Assembly: GCA_041687695.1 (NCBI GenBank)
Contig: JAWLBL010000035.1
Span: 1 to 64,000 of the forward strand
DNA: 64,000 nt
Direction of reading: 5' to 3'
Origin: Myxococcota bacterium
Lineage (GTDB): Bacteria > Myxococcota_A > UBA9042 > PHBI01 > JAWLBL01
Shown here: positions 31,421 through 42,356 of the stretch, piece after piece
How positions within the stretch are numbered: the first letter of the stretch is position 1
Layout of the letters: each line of letters opens with the position of its first letter
Notes under the pieces: model-generated
Seen by the model: the letters and a program-made list of their open reading frames with translations, nothing else
Told to the model about the DNA's origin: nothing
Databases searched by the model: none
Position numbers and translations under genes: made by a program

Positions 31421-33300
31421 GCGCGACCGAGACCAAGGGACGACGCCTCACCCCGCAGCGGCTGGTCACCTTCGCCCTGCTCCTCGGGCTGACCCTGTGG
31501 GTGCTCCACGACGCCCGCACCCGCGCGGCGGCGGCGCAGCTCGTGCCCTACAGCGAGCTGCTCGAGGCCGCCCAGGACGGGCGGGTCGCCCGGCTGGTGG
31601 TGCATCCCGGGAGCTTCGAGGCCGAGCTGGTCGCCGACGGCGCCGCCGAGGACCGCGGCGAGCGCGAGCACGTCCGCGCCCAGCGTCTGCCCGGCCTCGA
31701 GGAGCGCGCCCTGCTCGACGCCCTCGCGGGGCGGCCGGTCGAGCTGGTGGGCGAAGACGACGGCCAGGGCGCCTGGTGGCCGATGCTGCTGATGTGGCTG
31801 CTGCCCATGGGCCTGTTCTTCGGCTACCTCGCCTGGAGCGTGCGCCGCGTGGGGCGCGGCGGCGGCGCGTCCGCCCTGAGCGTCGGCAAGGCCGGCGTGC
31901 GCATCTTCGACGCCTCGCGCGACCGCAAGGTGACCTTCGCCGACGTCGCGGGCGTCGACGAGGCCAAGACCGAGCTGGCCGAGATCGTCGCCTTCCTGCG
32001 CCACCCCGAGCGCTTCGCGGGCGTCGGCGCCCTGATGCCCAAGGGCGTCCTGCTCCTCGGCCCGCCCGGCACGGGCAAGACGCTGCTCGCGCGCGCCGTC
32101 GCGGGCGAGGCCGGCGTCCCCTTCTTCTCCATCTCGGGCTCGGCCTTCGTCGAGATGTTCGTCGGCGTCGGGGCCGCCCGCATGCGCGATCTGTTCGACA
32201 AGGCCCGCGAGCGCGCCCCCTGCATCGTCTTCATCGACGAGATCGACGCGGTCGGCCGCTCCCGCGGCGGCGTCGGCGCCATGGCCACCCACGACGAGCG
32301 CGAGCAGACCCTCAACCAGCTGCTGACCGAGATGGACGGGTTCGCCCCCAACAGCGGCGTCATCATCATGGCGGCCACCAACCGTCACGAGATCCTCGAC
32401 CCCGCCCTCCTGCGCGCCGGCCGCTTCGACCGCCAGGTGCTCGTCGACCGCCCCGACGTGACCGGCCGCGAGGCCATCCTGCGCATCCACGCGCGCCGGC
32501 TGCGCCTCGACGAGGACGTCGCGCTCGAGGTCGTCGCGCGCCGCACGCCCGGCATGGCCGGGGCCGACCTGGCCAACGTGGTCAACGAGGCGGCGCTCGC
32601 GGCCGTTCGCCGCGGCGCGGACCGGGTCGCGCAGCGCGACTTCGAGGAGGCCATCGACCGCATCCAGCTCGGGCTGAAGAAGGGCGCCTCGCCCATGACC
32701 GAGGCGGAGAAGCGCCGGGTCGCCATCCACGAGGCCGGCCACGCGCTGGTGGCCCTGTCGGTGCCGAACGCCGATCCCGTCCACCGCGTGTCCATCCTGC
32801 CGCGCGGGCTCGGGGCGCTCGGCGTGACCCTGCAGCTGCCGACCCACGACCGTCAGCTGCTGACGCGCTCCGAGCTCGACGACCGGCTCGCCGTGTTGAT
32901 GGGGGGCCGCGCCGCCGAGGAGCTCGTCTGCCACGAGGCCTCGACGGGCGCCCAGAACGACCTCGTCCAGGCGACCGAGACCGCCCGCGCGATGGTCCTT
33001 CAGCTCGGCCTCAGCGAAGCCATCGGGCCGGTCACCTACGAGCGGCGCCCCGAGTCGAGCTGGCTCGCCGGCTCCTCCCGCGCCGAGACGTCCGAGGAGA
33101 CCGCGCGCCTCATCGACGCCGAGATCCGCCGCATCCTCGACGAAGCCTACGGCCGGGCCTTGCGCGTGCTCGAGGTCCGGCGCGACCATCTGGAGGCGGT
33201 GGCCGACGCGCTCTGCGAGCACGAGACGCTCGACGCCGCCGCGCTGCAACAGCTGCTCGCCCGCCGGCCGCGGGTCGTACGCAGAGCGGGTGCGACATGA
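31417..33300 (+). CDS. ftsH: ATP-dependent zinc metalloprotease FtsH
   Basis: Two TM segments, [40 protein letters not shown] overlap. Confidence 0.95.
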   Translation: MSATETKGRRLTPQRLVTFALLLGLTLWVLHDARTRAAAAQLVPYSELLEAAQDGRVARLVVHPGSFEAELVADGAAEDRGEREHVRAQRLPGLEERALLDALAGRPVELVGEDDGQGAWWPMLLMWLLPMGLFFGYLAWSVRRVGRGGGASALSVGKAGVRIFDASRDRKVTFADVAGVDEAKTELAEIVAFLRHPERFAGVGALMPKGVLLLGPPGTGKTLLARAVAGEAGVPFFSISGSAFVEMFVGVGAARMRDLFDKARERAPCIVFIDEIDAVGRSRGGVGAMATHDEREQTLNQLLTEMDGFAPNSGVIIMAATNRHEILDPALLRAGRFDRQVLVDRPDVTGREAILRIHARRLRLDEDVALEVVARRTPGMAGADLANVVNEAALAAVRRGADRVAQRDFEEAIDRIQLGLKKGASPMTEAEKRRVAIHEAGHALVALSVPNADPVHRVSILPRGLGALGVTLQLPTHDRQLLTRSELDDRLAVLMGGRAAEELVCHEASTGAQNDLVQATETARAMVLQLGLSEAIGPVTYERRPESSWLAGSSRAETSEETARLIDAEIRRILDEAYGRALRVLEVRRDHLEAVADALCEHETLDAAALQQLLARRPRVVRRAGAT

Positions 33301-34445
33301 CCGAAGCCTTCCAGCCGCTGGCCGACTCCCTCGGCTTCACGCCCCAGGACTCCGTCTACCTCCGGGCCTTGCACCAAAGGGTCGAGCCCCACCTGCCGGG
33401 CCTGGTCGACGGCTTCTACGCCTCCCTCGCCCGCCGCCCCGACACCGCCGCCGCCCTCGACCGCCACGGCCCACTCACGCGCCTGCACGCCATGCTCGCC
33501 GGCTGGCTCGACGAGCTGCTCCTCGGCCCCCACGACGAGGCCTGGCACGCCCGCCGCCGCCAGGTCGGCAGCGTCCACTTCCGCCTCGGCCTCGATCAGC
33601 GCGCCATGGTCCTCGCCATGGGCTTCGTCCGCCGCGGCCTGGTCGACCTCACCCTGACCCACGGCCTCGCCGACGACCCGGCCGCCACCGTCGGCGCCAT
33701 CGAGCGCGTCCTCGACCTCGAGCTGGCGACCCTGCTCGAGTCCTGGAACGAGGCCGACCGCCTCGCCACCGAGGCCGAGGCCGCCGAGGCCCGCAACCTC
33801 GCCCGCATGGGCGCCTTCGCCGCCGCCATCGCCCACGAGATCCGAAACCCCCTCGCGGGCATCTCGGCCGCCATGCAGCTCGTCCTGCTCTCGCTGCCCG
33901 CGGACGACCGCCGCCGCGGCGTCCTCACGAAGCTGCTCGACCAGGTGCGCCGCCTCGACCAGCACGCCACCGATCTGCTCGCCTTCAGCCAACCCCTCGA
34001 GGCCCGCTCCGCCTCCATCGACCTCGGCCAGGTGGCCCGGCTGGTCGCCTCCCAGGTGGCCGCCGGCGACCTCGGCGGCGCCGAGGTGGTGGGCGAAGGC
34101 GCCGCCCTGGGCGACGCCTCCCTGCTCGGCCTCGCCCTGACGCAGCTCATCCAGAACGCCTGGCAGGCGGGCGCCCGCCGCGTCCACGTCGCCATCCGGG
34201 ACGGCGCCATCGCCGTCTACGACGACGGGCCCGGCATCGATCCCGCCATCGTCGCCCGCATCTACGAGCCCTTCTACACGACGCGCCAGCGCGGCTCGGG
34301 CCTGGGCCTCACCAACGCCCTCCGCGCCATCCAGGCCATGGGCGGCAGGCTCCAGCTCACCGACTCGCCCCTCGGCGGCGCCGGCTTCGAGCTGACGCTT
34401 CAGCGCGCGACCAGCACCAGCGCGTCGTCGTCCGGGCGTCCGTAG
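33297..34445 (+). CDS. Globin-coupled (protoglobin domain) histidine kinase
   Basis: N-terminal [16 protein letters not shown] globin pattern; [32 protein letters not shown] overlap. Confidence 0.85.
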   Translation: MTEAFQPLADSLGFTPQDSVYLRALHQRVEPHLPGLVDGFYASLARRPDTAAALDRHGPLTRLHAMLAGWLDELLLGPHDEAWHARRRQVGSVHFRLGLDQRAMVLAMGFVRRGLVDLTLTHGLADDPAATVGAIERVLDLELATLLESWNEADRLATEAEAAEARNLARMGAFAAAIAHEIRNPLAGISAAMQLVLLSLPADDRRRGVLTKLLDQVRRLDQHATDLLAFSQPLEARSASIDLGQVARLVASQVAAGDLGGAEVVGEGAALGDASLLGLALTQLIQNAWQAGARRVHVAIRDGAIAVYDDGPGIDPAIVARIYEPFYTTRQRGSGLGLTNALRAIQAMGGRLQLTDSPLGGAGFELTLQRATSTSASSSGRP

Positions 34446-35419
34446 CGCTCGAGCAGCGCGTGCGCCACGAACAGGGGGTGCTGCCGGAGCAGCGCCAGGT
34501 CCGACGACAGATCCAGGCGCGTCCTCAGCCCGTCGGTCGCCAGCACCAGGACCTCGCCCGGCTCGCGCGGCATCCGCTCGACCCGCGGCGCGCGCCGTCG
34601 CAGGTCCGCCGCACCCAGCATGCCGCGCGTCGCCGTGAAGCGCAGCGCCTCGCGCGGCCGGTACCGATGCACCATGACGTCGCCGACGATGGTCGCCTCG
34701 AGCGCCTCGGCCGCGAAGTCGACCCGCGCGACGCCCATCACCGCCCCGCGCGTGCCCACGAGCGCCGCGTCGCACGCCCGCACCACGCCCTCGGGATCCC
34801 GCCCCGGGTCGGCGAGCACGGCCTGCATCGCCCGCGCCGACGCCTCGTGCGCCGGCGGCCCATGCCCCAGCCCGTCCGCCACGGCCACCAGCAGCGCCCC
34901 GTCGGTCCGGCAGAACGCCGCGTCGTCCCCGCTGACCGCCTCGCCCGGATAGGGCCGCCCCAGCACGGCGACGTCGCTGCGCCACGGCACCGGCCCCGCG
35001 AACACCCGCGCCCGCACGCACAGCCCCTCGCCCAGCCTCGCGTCGACGTCCAGCTCGTCGGCCAGCCGGTGCACGCCCGCCAGCCCCTGCCCCAGCCCGC
35101 CCGCGCTCGACGCGCCGCCCTCCAGCGCCGAACGCGCGTCGGCCAGCCCCGGCCCGCGGTCCGCCGCGATGACCTCGAGCCCGCAGACCGCGCCCCGCCG
35201 GACCTCGCGCACCCCCACGCGTCCGCCCACCGCGTGCCGCAGCTGGTTGTGCGCCAGCTCGCTCGCCGCCGTCGCCAGCCGCTCGAACGCGTCGCGCTCG
35301 AGCCCCACGCGCGCCCCCGCCTCGCGCACCGCCTCGCGCGCGACGGCGACCGAGGCCGGGTCGAAGATCGGCACGACCTCGGCCCCGGCCAGCCAGCGTT
35401 CGGTCAGAGTCGCTTCCAC
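34400..35419 (-). CDS. RsbX-like PP2C phosphatase with N-terminal RsbT-like HATPase domain
   Basis: SELAHN..H, DRGPG, GLGQGL, then SGDD, ADGLGHG, TDGL, DDDALV. Confidence 0.85.
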   Translation of the reverse strand: MEATLTERWLAGAEVVPIFDPASVAVAREAVREAGARVGLERDAFERLATAASELAHNQLRHAVGGRVGVREVRRGAVCGLEVIAADRGPGLADARSALEGGASSAGGLGQGLAGVHRLADELDVDARLGEGLCVRARVFAGPVPWRSDVAVLGRPYPGEAVSGDDAAFCRTDGALLVAVADGLGHGPPAHEASARAMQAVLADPGRDPEGVVRACDAALVGTRGAVMGVARVDFAAEALEATIVGDVMVHRYRPREALRFTATRGMLGAADLRRRAPRVERMPREPGEVLVLATDGLRTRLDLSSDLALLRQHPLFVAHALLERYGRPDDDALVLVAR

Positions 35420-35817
35420 TTCACGATGACCACGCGCGTCCCCTGGCCGGGCGCGGTGTCCAGCTCCATCTCGTCGACCAGCCGCCGGCTGCCCGACAGC
35501 CCGAGCCCCAGCGAGCGCACCGTGCTGAAGCCGCCCTCCATCGCCCGCGACAGGTCGGCGATGCCGGGCCCCTCGTCCGTGAACGTGACCCGGATGCCGC
35601 GCTGCCCGAGGCGCTCGACCTCCTCGACGATCGCGTCGCCGCCGCCGCCGTGGACCCAGGCGTTGCGGGCCAGCTCGCTGGTCGCCGTCGTGATCGCCGC
35701 CGCCGCGAACGAGCTGAACCCCAGGCGATCGGCCAGCTCGCGCACCTTGCGGCGCACCAGCACCACGTCGTCCTCGGCGCGGATGGGCAGCGCGTGCTGC
35801 GAGACGCTACGCGACAT
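35404..35817 (-). CDS. rsbT: Stressosome serine/threonine kinase RsbT
   Basis: DVVLVR, SELARNA..HGGGG, DEGPGI, GFST..LGLGL, KW. Confidence 0.92.
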   Translation of the reverse strand: MSRSVSQHALPIRAEDDVVLVRRKVRELADRLGFSSFAAAAITTATSELARNAWVHGGGGDAIVEEVERLGQRGIRVTFTDEGPGIADLSRAMEGGFSTVRSLGLGLSGSRRLVDEMELDTAPGQGTRVVIVKWKRL

Positions 35818-35823
35818 CGGCGC

Positions 35824-36192
35824 TCAACCCCGCCCGAGCAGCTCGCCGAGCAGGGCGAGCCCCTCGTCCACGTTCAGCGCCGTCCGCAGCCCGCGCGTCT
35901 GGAACCCCATCCGGACCAGCGTCGCCGCCACCTCGGGCCGCATGCCGACCAGCACGGCCTCGGTCCCCATCAGGCGCGCCATCTGGCCCGTGTCGACCAG
36001 CACGCGCGCGACGTAGCTGTCGACCGTGTCCAGGCCGCTGATGTCGATGACCAGCCCGGGCGCGCCCATGCGCTCGATCTCGCTGAGGATGTCCTCCTGG
36101 AAGGCGTCGGCGACCGTGTCGCGCAGCTCGATCTGGATGGTGACCAGCAGCGTCTTGCCGACCCGCAGGATGGGGATGGGGTGGTCTCTCAC
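35824..36192 (-). CDS. rsbS: Stressosome STAS protein RsbS
   Basis: IPILR..LLVTIQ, IDISGLDTVDS phospho-site, GMRPEVAATLV. GTG overlaps the rsbR stop. Confidence 0.92.
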   Translation of the reverse strand: MRDHPIPILRVGKTLLVTIQIELRDTVADAFQEDILSEIERMGAPGLVIDISGLDTVDSYVARVLVDTGQMARLMGTEAVLVGMRPEVAATLVRMGFQTRGLRTALNVDEGLALLGELLGRG

Positions 36193-37142
36193 TGGTCGCC
36201 TCCCACGTCCGACACCAGCGCGTCGTCGGCCATGCCGGCCGCGGGCCGGTCGACCAGGGTCATGGCCAGCTTCAGGCCGTCCGCGAGGCGGTTGCGCGTG
36301 TGCATGGCCGAGATGTTCAGCCCCAGCTGCACGATGGTCTTGGCCACGGTCGGCGAGATGCCGGTCAGGACGGTGCGCGCCCCCAGCAGCCGAACGGCCT
36401 CGGTCGTCTTGAGCAGGTGGTCGGCGACCTTGGTGTCGACGACGGCGACGCCCGCGATGTCGATGATGATGATGCGCGCCTGGTGCTCGACGACGGCCAT
36501 CAGCACGCGCTCCATCACCTGCTGGGCGCGCTGCGTGTCGACGGTCCCCACCAGCGGCAGGAGCAGGATGCGGTCGTGGATCTGGATGACCGGCGTGGAA
36601 AGCTCGCGGACGGCCGCCTGGTGGCGCTCGAGCGAGTCGACGAAGGCGGCGATGTAGGTGTCCATCGCGATGGCCATGTCGAAGGCGACCAGCTTCTCGA
36701 TGCTCTGCTGCGCCGCGTGGAACTCCTCGCGCGACTCGAACTCGTGCAGCAGCCGGTCGAAGATGAGGCGCAGGTAGCGGGCGTAGGCGCCGATGTACAG
36801 CTTGGGCGGCACGCCGACGCGCTCGTGGGCGAGGCCGATGCGCAGCCGATCGTCGACGTAGGCGAGGTCGCAGCGCCCCGCGAACAGCCCCAGGAAGTAC
36901 TCGCGCTGGGCCTGCTTGACGTGCCGGATGGTCGCCTGGTCGGGGAAGTGTCGCCGGCTCTCCGCGTGGCCCAGGATGAGCTCGTAGAGGGACTCGACGA
37001 TGTCGTCCATGTACTTTTCGGCGAAGGGCCGCAGCCGCGCGAGCCGCGCGAGGTCCTCGTCGTGCAGCTCGAAGAATTCGCGGCGGCTGCGTAGCTCGGC
37101 CTCGTCGAACCGCAGCCGCGCCGTCAGATGTTGGTAGACCAT
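36189..37142 (-). CDS. rsbR: Globin-coupled stressosome sensor RsbR
   Basis: Sensor globin (VESLY, RLRIGLAHERVG..PKLY), ELSTPV linker, STAS with GTVDTQRA and VVDTKVA. Confidence 0.92.
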   Translation of the reverse strand: MVYQHLTARLRFDEAELRSRREFFELHDEDLARLARLRPFAEKYMDDIVESLYELILGHAESRRHFPDQATIRHVKQAQREYFLGLFAGRCDLAYVDDRLRIGLAHERVGVPPKLYIGAYARYLRLIFDRLLHEFESREEFHAAQQSIEKLVAFDMAIAMDTYIAAFVDSLERHQAAVRELSTPVIQIHDRILLLPLVGTVDTQRAQQVMERVLMAVVEHQARIIIIDIAGVAVVDTKVADHLLKTTEAVRLLGARTVLTGISPTVAKTIVQLGLNISAMHTRNRLADGLKLAMTLVDRPAAGMADDALVSDVGGDQ

Positions 37143-37223
37143 CGCTCGCTCCCGAAAAGGCCGGCACGCTTTTAACCCGCCCGCGCCCGGCCCGCCAGCG
37201 TTGTCGAGCCCGCCGCTCCAGGC

Positions 37224-38465
37224 TTGACGTCATCCGCCTCGCTCCCGACACTCGCGCCCGTGTCGGCCTCGCCCCCCAACGTGGACACCAAGACGCCCAT
37301 CGAGGTGCTCGTCCACTTCAGCCACCTGCTCGCCACGACGGACGCTCCCGACGAGATCCTCGGGCTGCTCGCGCGCGCCGCGGTCGACCACCTGGGCGCC
37401 GACGGCGCGGGCGTGCTCGAGATCGCCGGCGACGAGGCCCACCTGGTCGCGGCCGCCGGGCTCCCCGTCGCCTCCCCGGCCGCCCACCCCAGCCCGTCCT
37501 TCGAGGTCGAGACCATCGGCCCCGAGCTCGGCGATCGCCTGCTCGCCGCCTGGCACCTGCCCGACGGCGTCGCCCACACCCTGCCGCTCGTGTCGGGCGG
37601 CGACCTCTTCGGCGTCCTGGTCCTCGTCTGCGCGACCGGCCACCGCCACCACCTGGCCGAGCTGCAGCTCGGGCAGGCCCTGGTGGATCTGGCCGCCACG
37701 GCCCTCAGCAAGGCCCACCGCCTGGCCCAGCTCGAGCGCGCCTACGCCGAGCTCGAGGCCTCGCGCGACGTCCTCGTCCGCACCGAGAAGCTGCGCGCCC
37801 TGGGCGAGATGTCGACCGGCGTGGCCCACGACCTCAAGAACATCCTGACCCCGCTCATCCTCGCCGTCACCCAGCTCAAGCGGAACCCGGACGTCCCCAA
37901 GGCGACGCTCGAGATGGTCCTGGGCTCGATGGACCGCGTCCTCGTCCGCGGCCTGCAGACCGTCGACCGCCTGCGCCTGTTCGGCCACCAGTCCGCCGAC
38001 AGCCCCGCCCAGGCCGTCGACGTCGACGCCCTCGTCGACGAGGCCGTCCACATGGCCAACGGCCACATCAAGCCCGGCCAGATGGCCCGCATCGTCACCG
38101 AGCGCGGCGCCCCACCGCTCATCCGCGTGCAGCCCTCCGAGCTCGTCGCCGCCCTGGTGAACCTGCTGGTCAACGCCCTGCACGCCATCGGCGGCGCCGG
38201 CCGCGTCACCGTGACGACCCGCGCGGCCGCTGGAGGCGCCGAGATCCTGGTCGCCGACACCGGCCCGGGCATGACGGCCGAGGTCAGAGAGCGCGTCTTC
38301 CAGCCGTTCTTCACCACCAAGGGCCGCGAGGGCACGGGCCTCGGCCTGGCGATGGTCTACGCCCTGGTGCAGCGCAGCCACGGCCTCATCCACCTCGACT
38401 CCGAGCCGGGCGAGGGCGCCACCTTCACCCTGTGGTTCCCCGCCGCCGAGCCCCCCGCCGCCTGA
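37224..38465 (+). CDS. GAF-domain histidine kinase
   Basis: GAF-like N-terminus (LPLVSGG..FGVL), VAHDLKN, NLLVNA, DTGPGM, FFTTK, GTGLGL. Start uncertain; GTG at 37281 is possible. Confidence 0.88.
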   Translation: MTSSASLPTLAPVSASPPNVDTKTPIEVLVHFSHLLATTDAPDEILGLLARAAVDHLGADGAGVLEIAGDEAHLVAAAGLPVASPAAHPSPSFEVETIGPELGDRLLAAWHLPDGVAHTLPLVSGGDLFGVLVLVCATGHRHHLAELQLGQALVDLAATALSKAHRLAQLERAYAELEASRDVLVRTEKLRALGEMSTGVAHDLKNILTPLILAVTQLKRNPDVPKATLEMVLGSMDRVLVRGLQTVDRLRLFGHQSADSPAQAVDVDALVDEAVHMANGHIKPGQMARIVTERGAPPLIRVQPSELVAALVNLLVNALHAIGGAGRVTVTTRAAAGGAEILVADTGPGMTAEVRERVFQPFFTTKGREGTGLGLAMVYALVQRSHGLIHLDSEPGEGATFTLWFPAAEPPAA

Positions 38466-38482
38466 GGACCCGACCCCGCGCT

Positions 38483-40753
38483 TCAGCGCGGCAGGTCCAC
38501 GCGAAAGCGCGCGCCGCCGCTGACCGCCTCGCCGACCGCGATGCGGCCGCCCAGCGCCTCGACGATGCGCCGCACGATCCACAGCCCCAGGCCGTGGCTC
38601 TCGCTCGCGGCCTCGTCCGTCGCGCGATAGAACCGCTCGAAGACCAGCTCCCGGTGCTCGGGCGCGATCCCTGGGCCCCCGTCGGACACCTCGATCCAGG
38701 CGGTCTTCGCGTCCGCCCCGATCTCGATGAGGATGGGCCGCCCCGTCCCGTACTTCACCGCGTTGGTCAGCAGGTTCGTCAGGATCTGCTCGATCCGCAC
38801 CCGGTCCCACCGCCCCCGCACCTGGCCTTCGCACACGCAGCTGGCCTCGCACGCGCCGGCGTCCAACAGCTCGGCCTGCCGCGCGAGCACGTCGCGCGCC
38901 ACCTCGGCCAGGTCCAGATCCTCCGGGAACACCTCGACCGGGCCGGTCGAGCGCCCCGTGGCCAGCAGATCGTCGATGAGCCGCACCGCCCGATCGACCG
39001 TCTCGCGGCTGCGCGTCATGGCGGCCTCGAGCCACTCGCCGCTGACCCGCTCGGGGCTCTTGCGCAGCGTCCGCATCACCATGTCCTGCTGCAGCCGCAG
39101 CGCGGCCAGGGGCTCCTTCAGGTCGTGCGACGCCATCGCCAGCAGATCCTCGCGCGCCAGCCGCTCGGCCTCGTCCCGCACCGCCCGCGCGCGCTCGGCC
39201 TTGGCCCGCCGGGTGTCGCTGATGTCGATGCCCGTCCCCACGAAGTGCGTCGCCTGGCCCTCGTCCCGCGACACGGGCGAGAACGACCAGGCGATCCAGC
39301 GCCGCTCTCCGCCGCGCGTCGTCCACGCCAGCTCACACCCGCGCGGCTGGCCGCTCTGGCGCACGCGCCCCAGCGTCTCGTCCAGGCTGGCCAGGTTCTG
39401 GGCAGAGACCATGCGCCGGTAGCCGTGGTCGCGGGCGTCCTCGAAGCTGAAGCCGGTCAGGCGCTCGCACGCCGGGTTCCAGCGCACCAGCCGCGCCTCG
39501 GCGTCCAGCACGATCACCAGGGTCCCCAGGGCGCCCAGCACGTCCCCGCTCACCCCGAAGGCGCCGTCGACCCGCGCCTTGGCGTCCAGGTGCCGCTCCA
39601 TCGTGACCCGCGACCGCTCGAGCGCCGCCGCCGTCGCCTCGGCCACGCGCTCGAGGGCCGCCCGGCCCCCGGCGTCGGGCGTCGCCGACGGCGCGTAGGC
39701 GACCGAGAGCATGCCCAGCGTGCGACCGCCGACGATGAGCGGGATGAACCCGAAGGCCTCGCGCTTGCCCAGCTCGGGGGTCTTCGCGACGAGCTCGGGG
39801 TAGCGCTGCGCCATCTCGGTCCGCGACGCGATCCACAGCGGCCGCCCCATCGCGATCGCCTCGGTCACCGGGTTCACCACCGGCGTCTGCACCCGGAGGC
39901 TGGACCACTCGCGCATCAGCTCCGTCGGGATCCCGCTGGCGGCCGTCAGCTCCAGGGTGCGCCAGAGCGGATCGAGCAGCCACAGGATCGCCGCCCGCCC
40001 GCCCACCGCGCGCCGACCCTCGTCCACCGCGGCCTCGGCCACCTCCAGCGGCGTGGCGATGCCCTGCAGGGCTTGGGTGAAGCGCTCCACGTCCTCGGGA
40101 CCGACGGTGGTCGCGGCCGGCGGGTCCCCTCGCCGCATCGCGCCGAACGACTCGGCCAGCCGCACGGCGATGGGTTCGATCCCGAGCAGCTGCGGATGAG
40201 ACAGACCCAGCGTCGCGCACGTCCCCACGGTCAGCGCCCCCACCAACTCACCCCGGCACAGCAGCGGAAACACCGCCAAGCCCCCAAGGAGCGGCTCGAC
40301 GTCCATGAACACCGGCAGCCGGTCGGCGTCGTCACGCGCCGTCTCGAGCAGCCGCCGCGCCACCGCCACGCCGTCGACGGCCCCGACGCCTCGCTCCGTC
40401 GCGCCGTCGCCTGCCCCCCCGCAACGCCCCCGTGCCGGACATTCGTGCATCTGCACAACCCGCAGGCTGCCGCCGCCCTGCAGCGCGGCGTCGACGGCAT
40501 ACCAGTCGACGATCGCGGCCAGATCCCGCGCCTCTTTGTGCAGTGCAGCGAATTCGCCGCCCTCGGCCGAGCGCGAAGTGGCAGACGGGCCCTCCGGCGG
40601 TGATGCGAACGCCGGCCGGACCCCTCCCTGCCGCGATTCGCCCTGGCCAGGCAGCCGCGTGGAGTCGGTCACGATATCCCCCCGAAGTCGGGCCTGCGTG
40701 TGGCTCCGATGAAGGACAAGATACCGCCGATGGCGCCCGGCTGCCAAGGGCAC
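38483..40753 (-). CDS. GAF-PAS histidine kinase
   Basis: GAF (FIPLIVGGRTLG), PAS (WNPACERLTG), ASHDLKEPL, NLLTNAVKY, DGGPGI, GLGL. Start uncertain; GTG at 40672 is an alternative. Confidence 0.85.
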   Translation of the reverse strand: MPLAAGRHRRYLVLHRSHTQARLRGDIVTDSTRLPGQGESRQGGVRPAFASPPEGPSATSRSAEGGEFAALHKEARDLAAIVDWYAVDAALQGGGSLRVVQMHECPARGRCGGAGDGATERGVGAVDGVAVARRLLETARDDADRLPVFMDVEPLLGGLAVFPLLCRGELVGALTVGTCATLGLSHPQLLGIEPIAVRLAESFGAMRRGDPPAATTVGPEDVERFTQALQGIATPLEVAEAAVDEGRRAVGGRAAILWLLDPLWRTLELTAASGIPTELMREWSSLRVQTPVVNPVTEAIAMGRPLWIASRTEMAQRYPELVAKTPELGKREAFGFIPLIVGGRTLGMLSVAYAPSATPDAGGRAALERVAEATAAALERSRVTMERHLDAKARVDGAFGVSGDVLGALGTLVIVLDAEARLVRWNPACERLTGFSFEDARDHGYRRMVSAQNLASLDETLGRVRQSGQPRGCELAWTTRGGERRWIAWSFSPVSRDEGQATHFVGTGIDISDTRRAKAERARAVRDEAERLAREDLLAMASHDLKEPLAALRLQQDMVMRTLRKSPERVSGEWLEAAMTRSRETVDRAVRLIDDLLATGRSTGPVEVFPEDLDLAEVARDVLARQAELLDAGACEASCVCEGQVRGRWDRVRIEQILTNLLTNAVKYGTGRPILIEIGADAKTAWIEVSDGGPGIAPEHRELVFERFYRATDEAASESHGLGLWIVRRIVEALGGRIAVGEAVSGGARFRVDLPR

Positions 40754-40777
40754 AGCCGTATTCTTTGGGAATACGAG

Positions 40778-42175
<1,398 letters not shown>

Positions 42176-42250
42176 CTTGCTCTCCTCGTTGGGCCGTCGG
42201 GCGGTCGGAGCGTGTCTCGCGCCCCCATCCGGGTCCTCGCCGGGTCATTC

Positions 42251-42266
42251 TGCACACGGCGTGCCG
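42251..42266 (-). promoter_or_regulatory. sigma54-like promoter motif upstream of the NtrC-type gene
   Basis: Minus strand CGGCAC-GCCGT-GTGCA, GG-N10-GC. Confidence 0.5.
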
Positions 42267-42356
42267 AATCCGGTCCGACCCTGTCCGCGCGCCGTGCTGC
42301 GGGCCGTGGCGACGCGCGCGTCCTCGTCTTGGTGCGAAAGGCCACACCGGGCCGTG

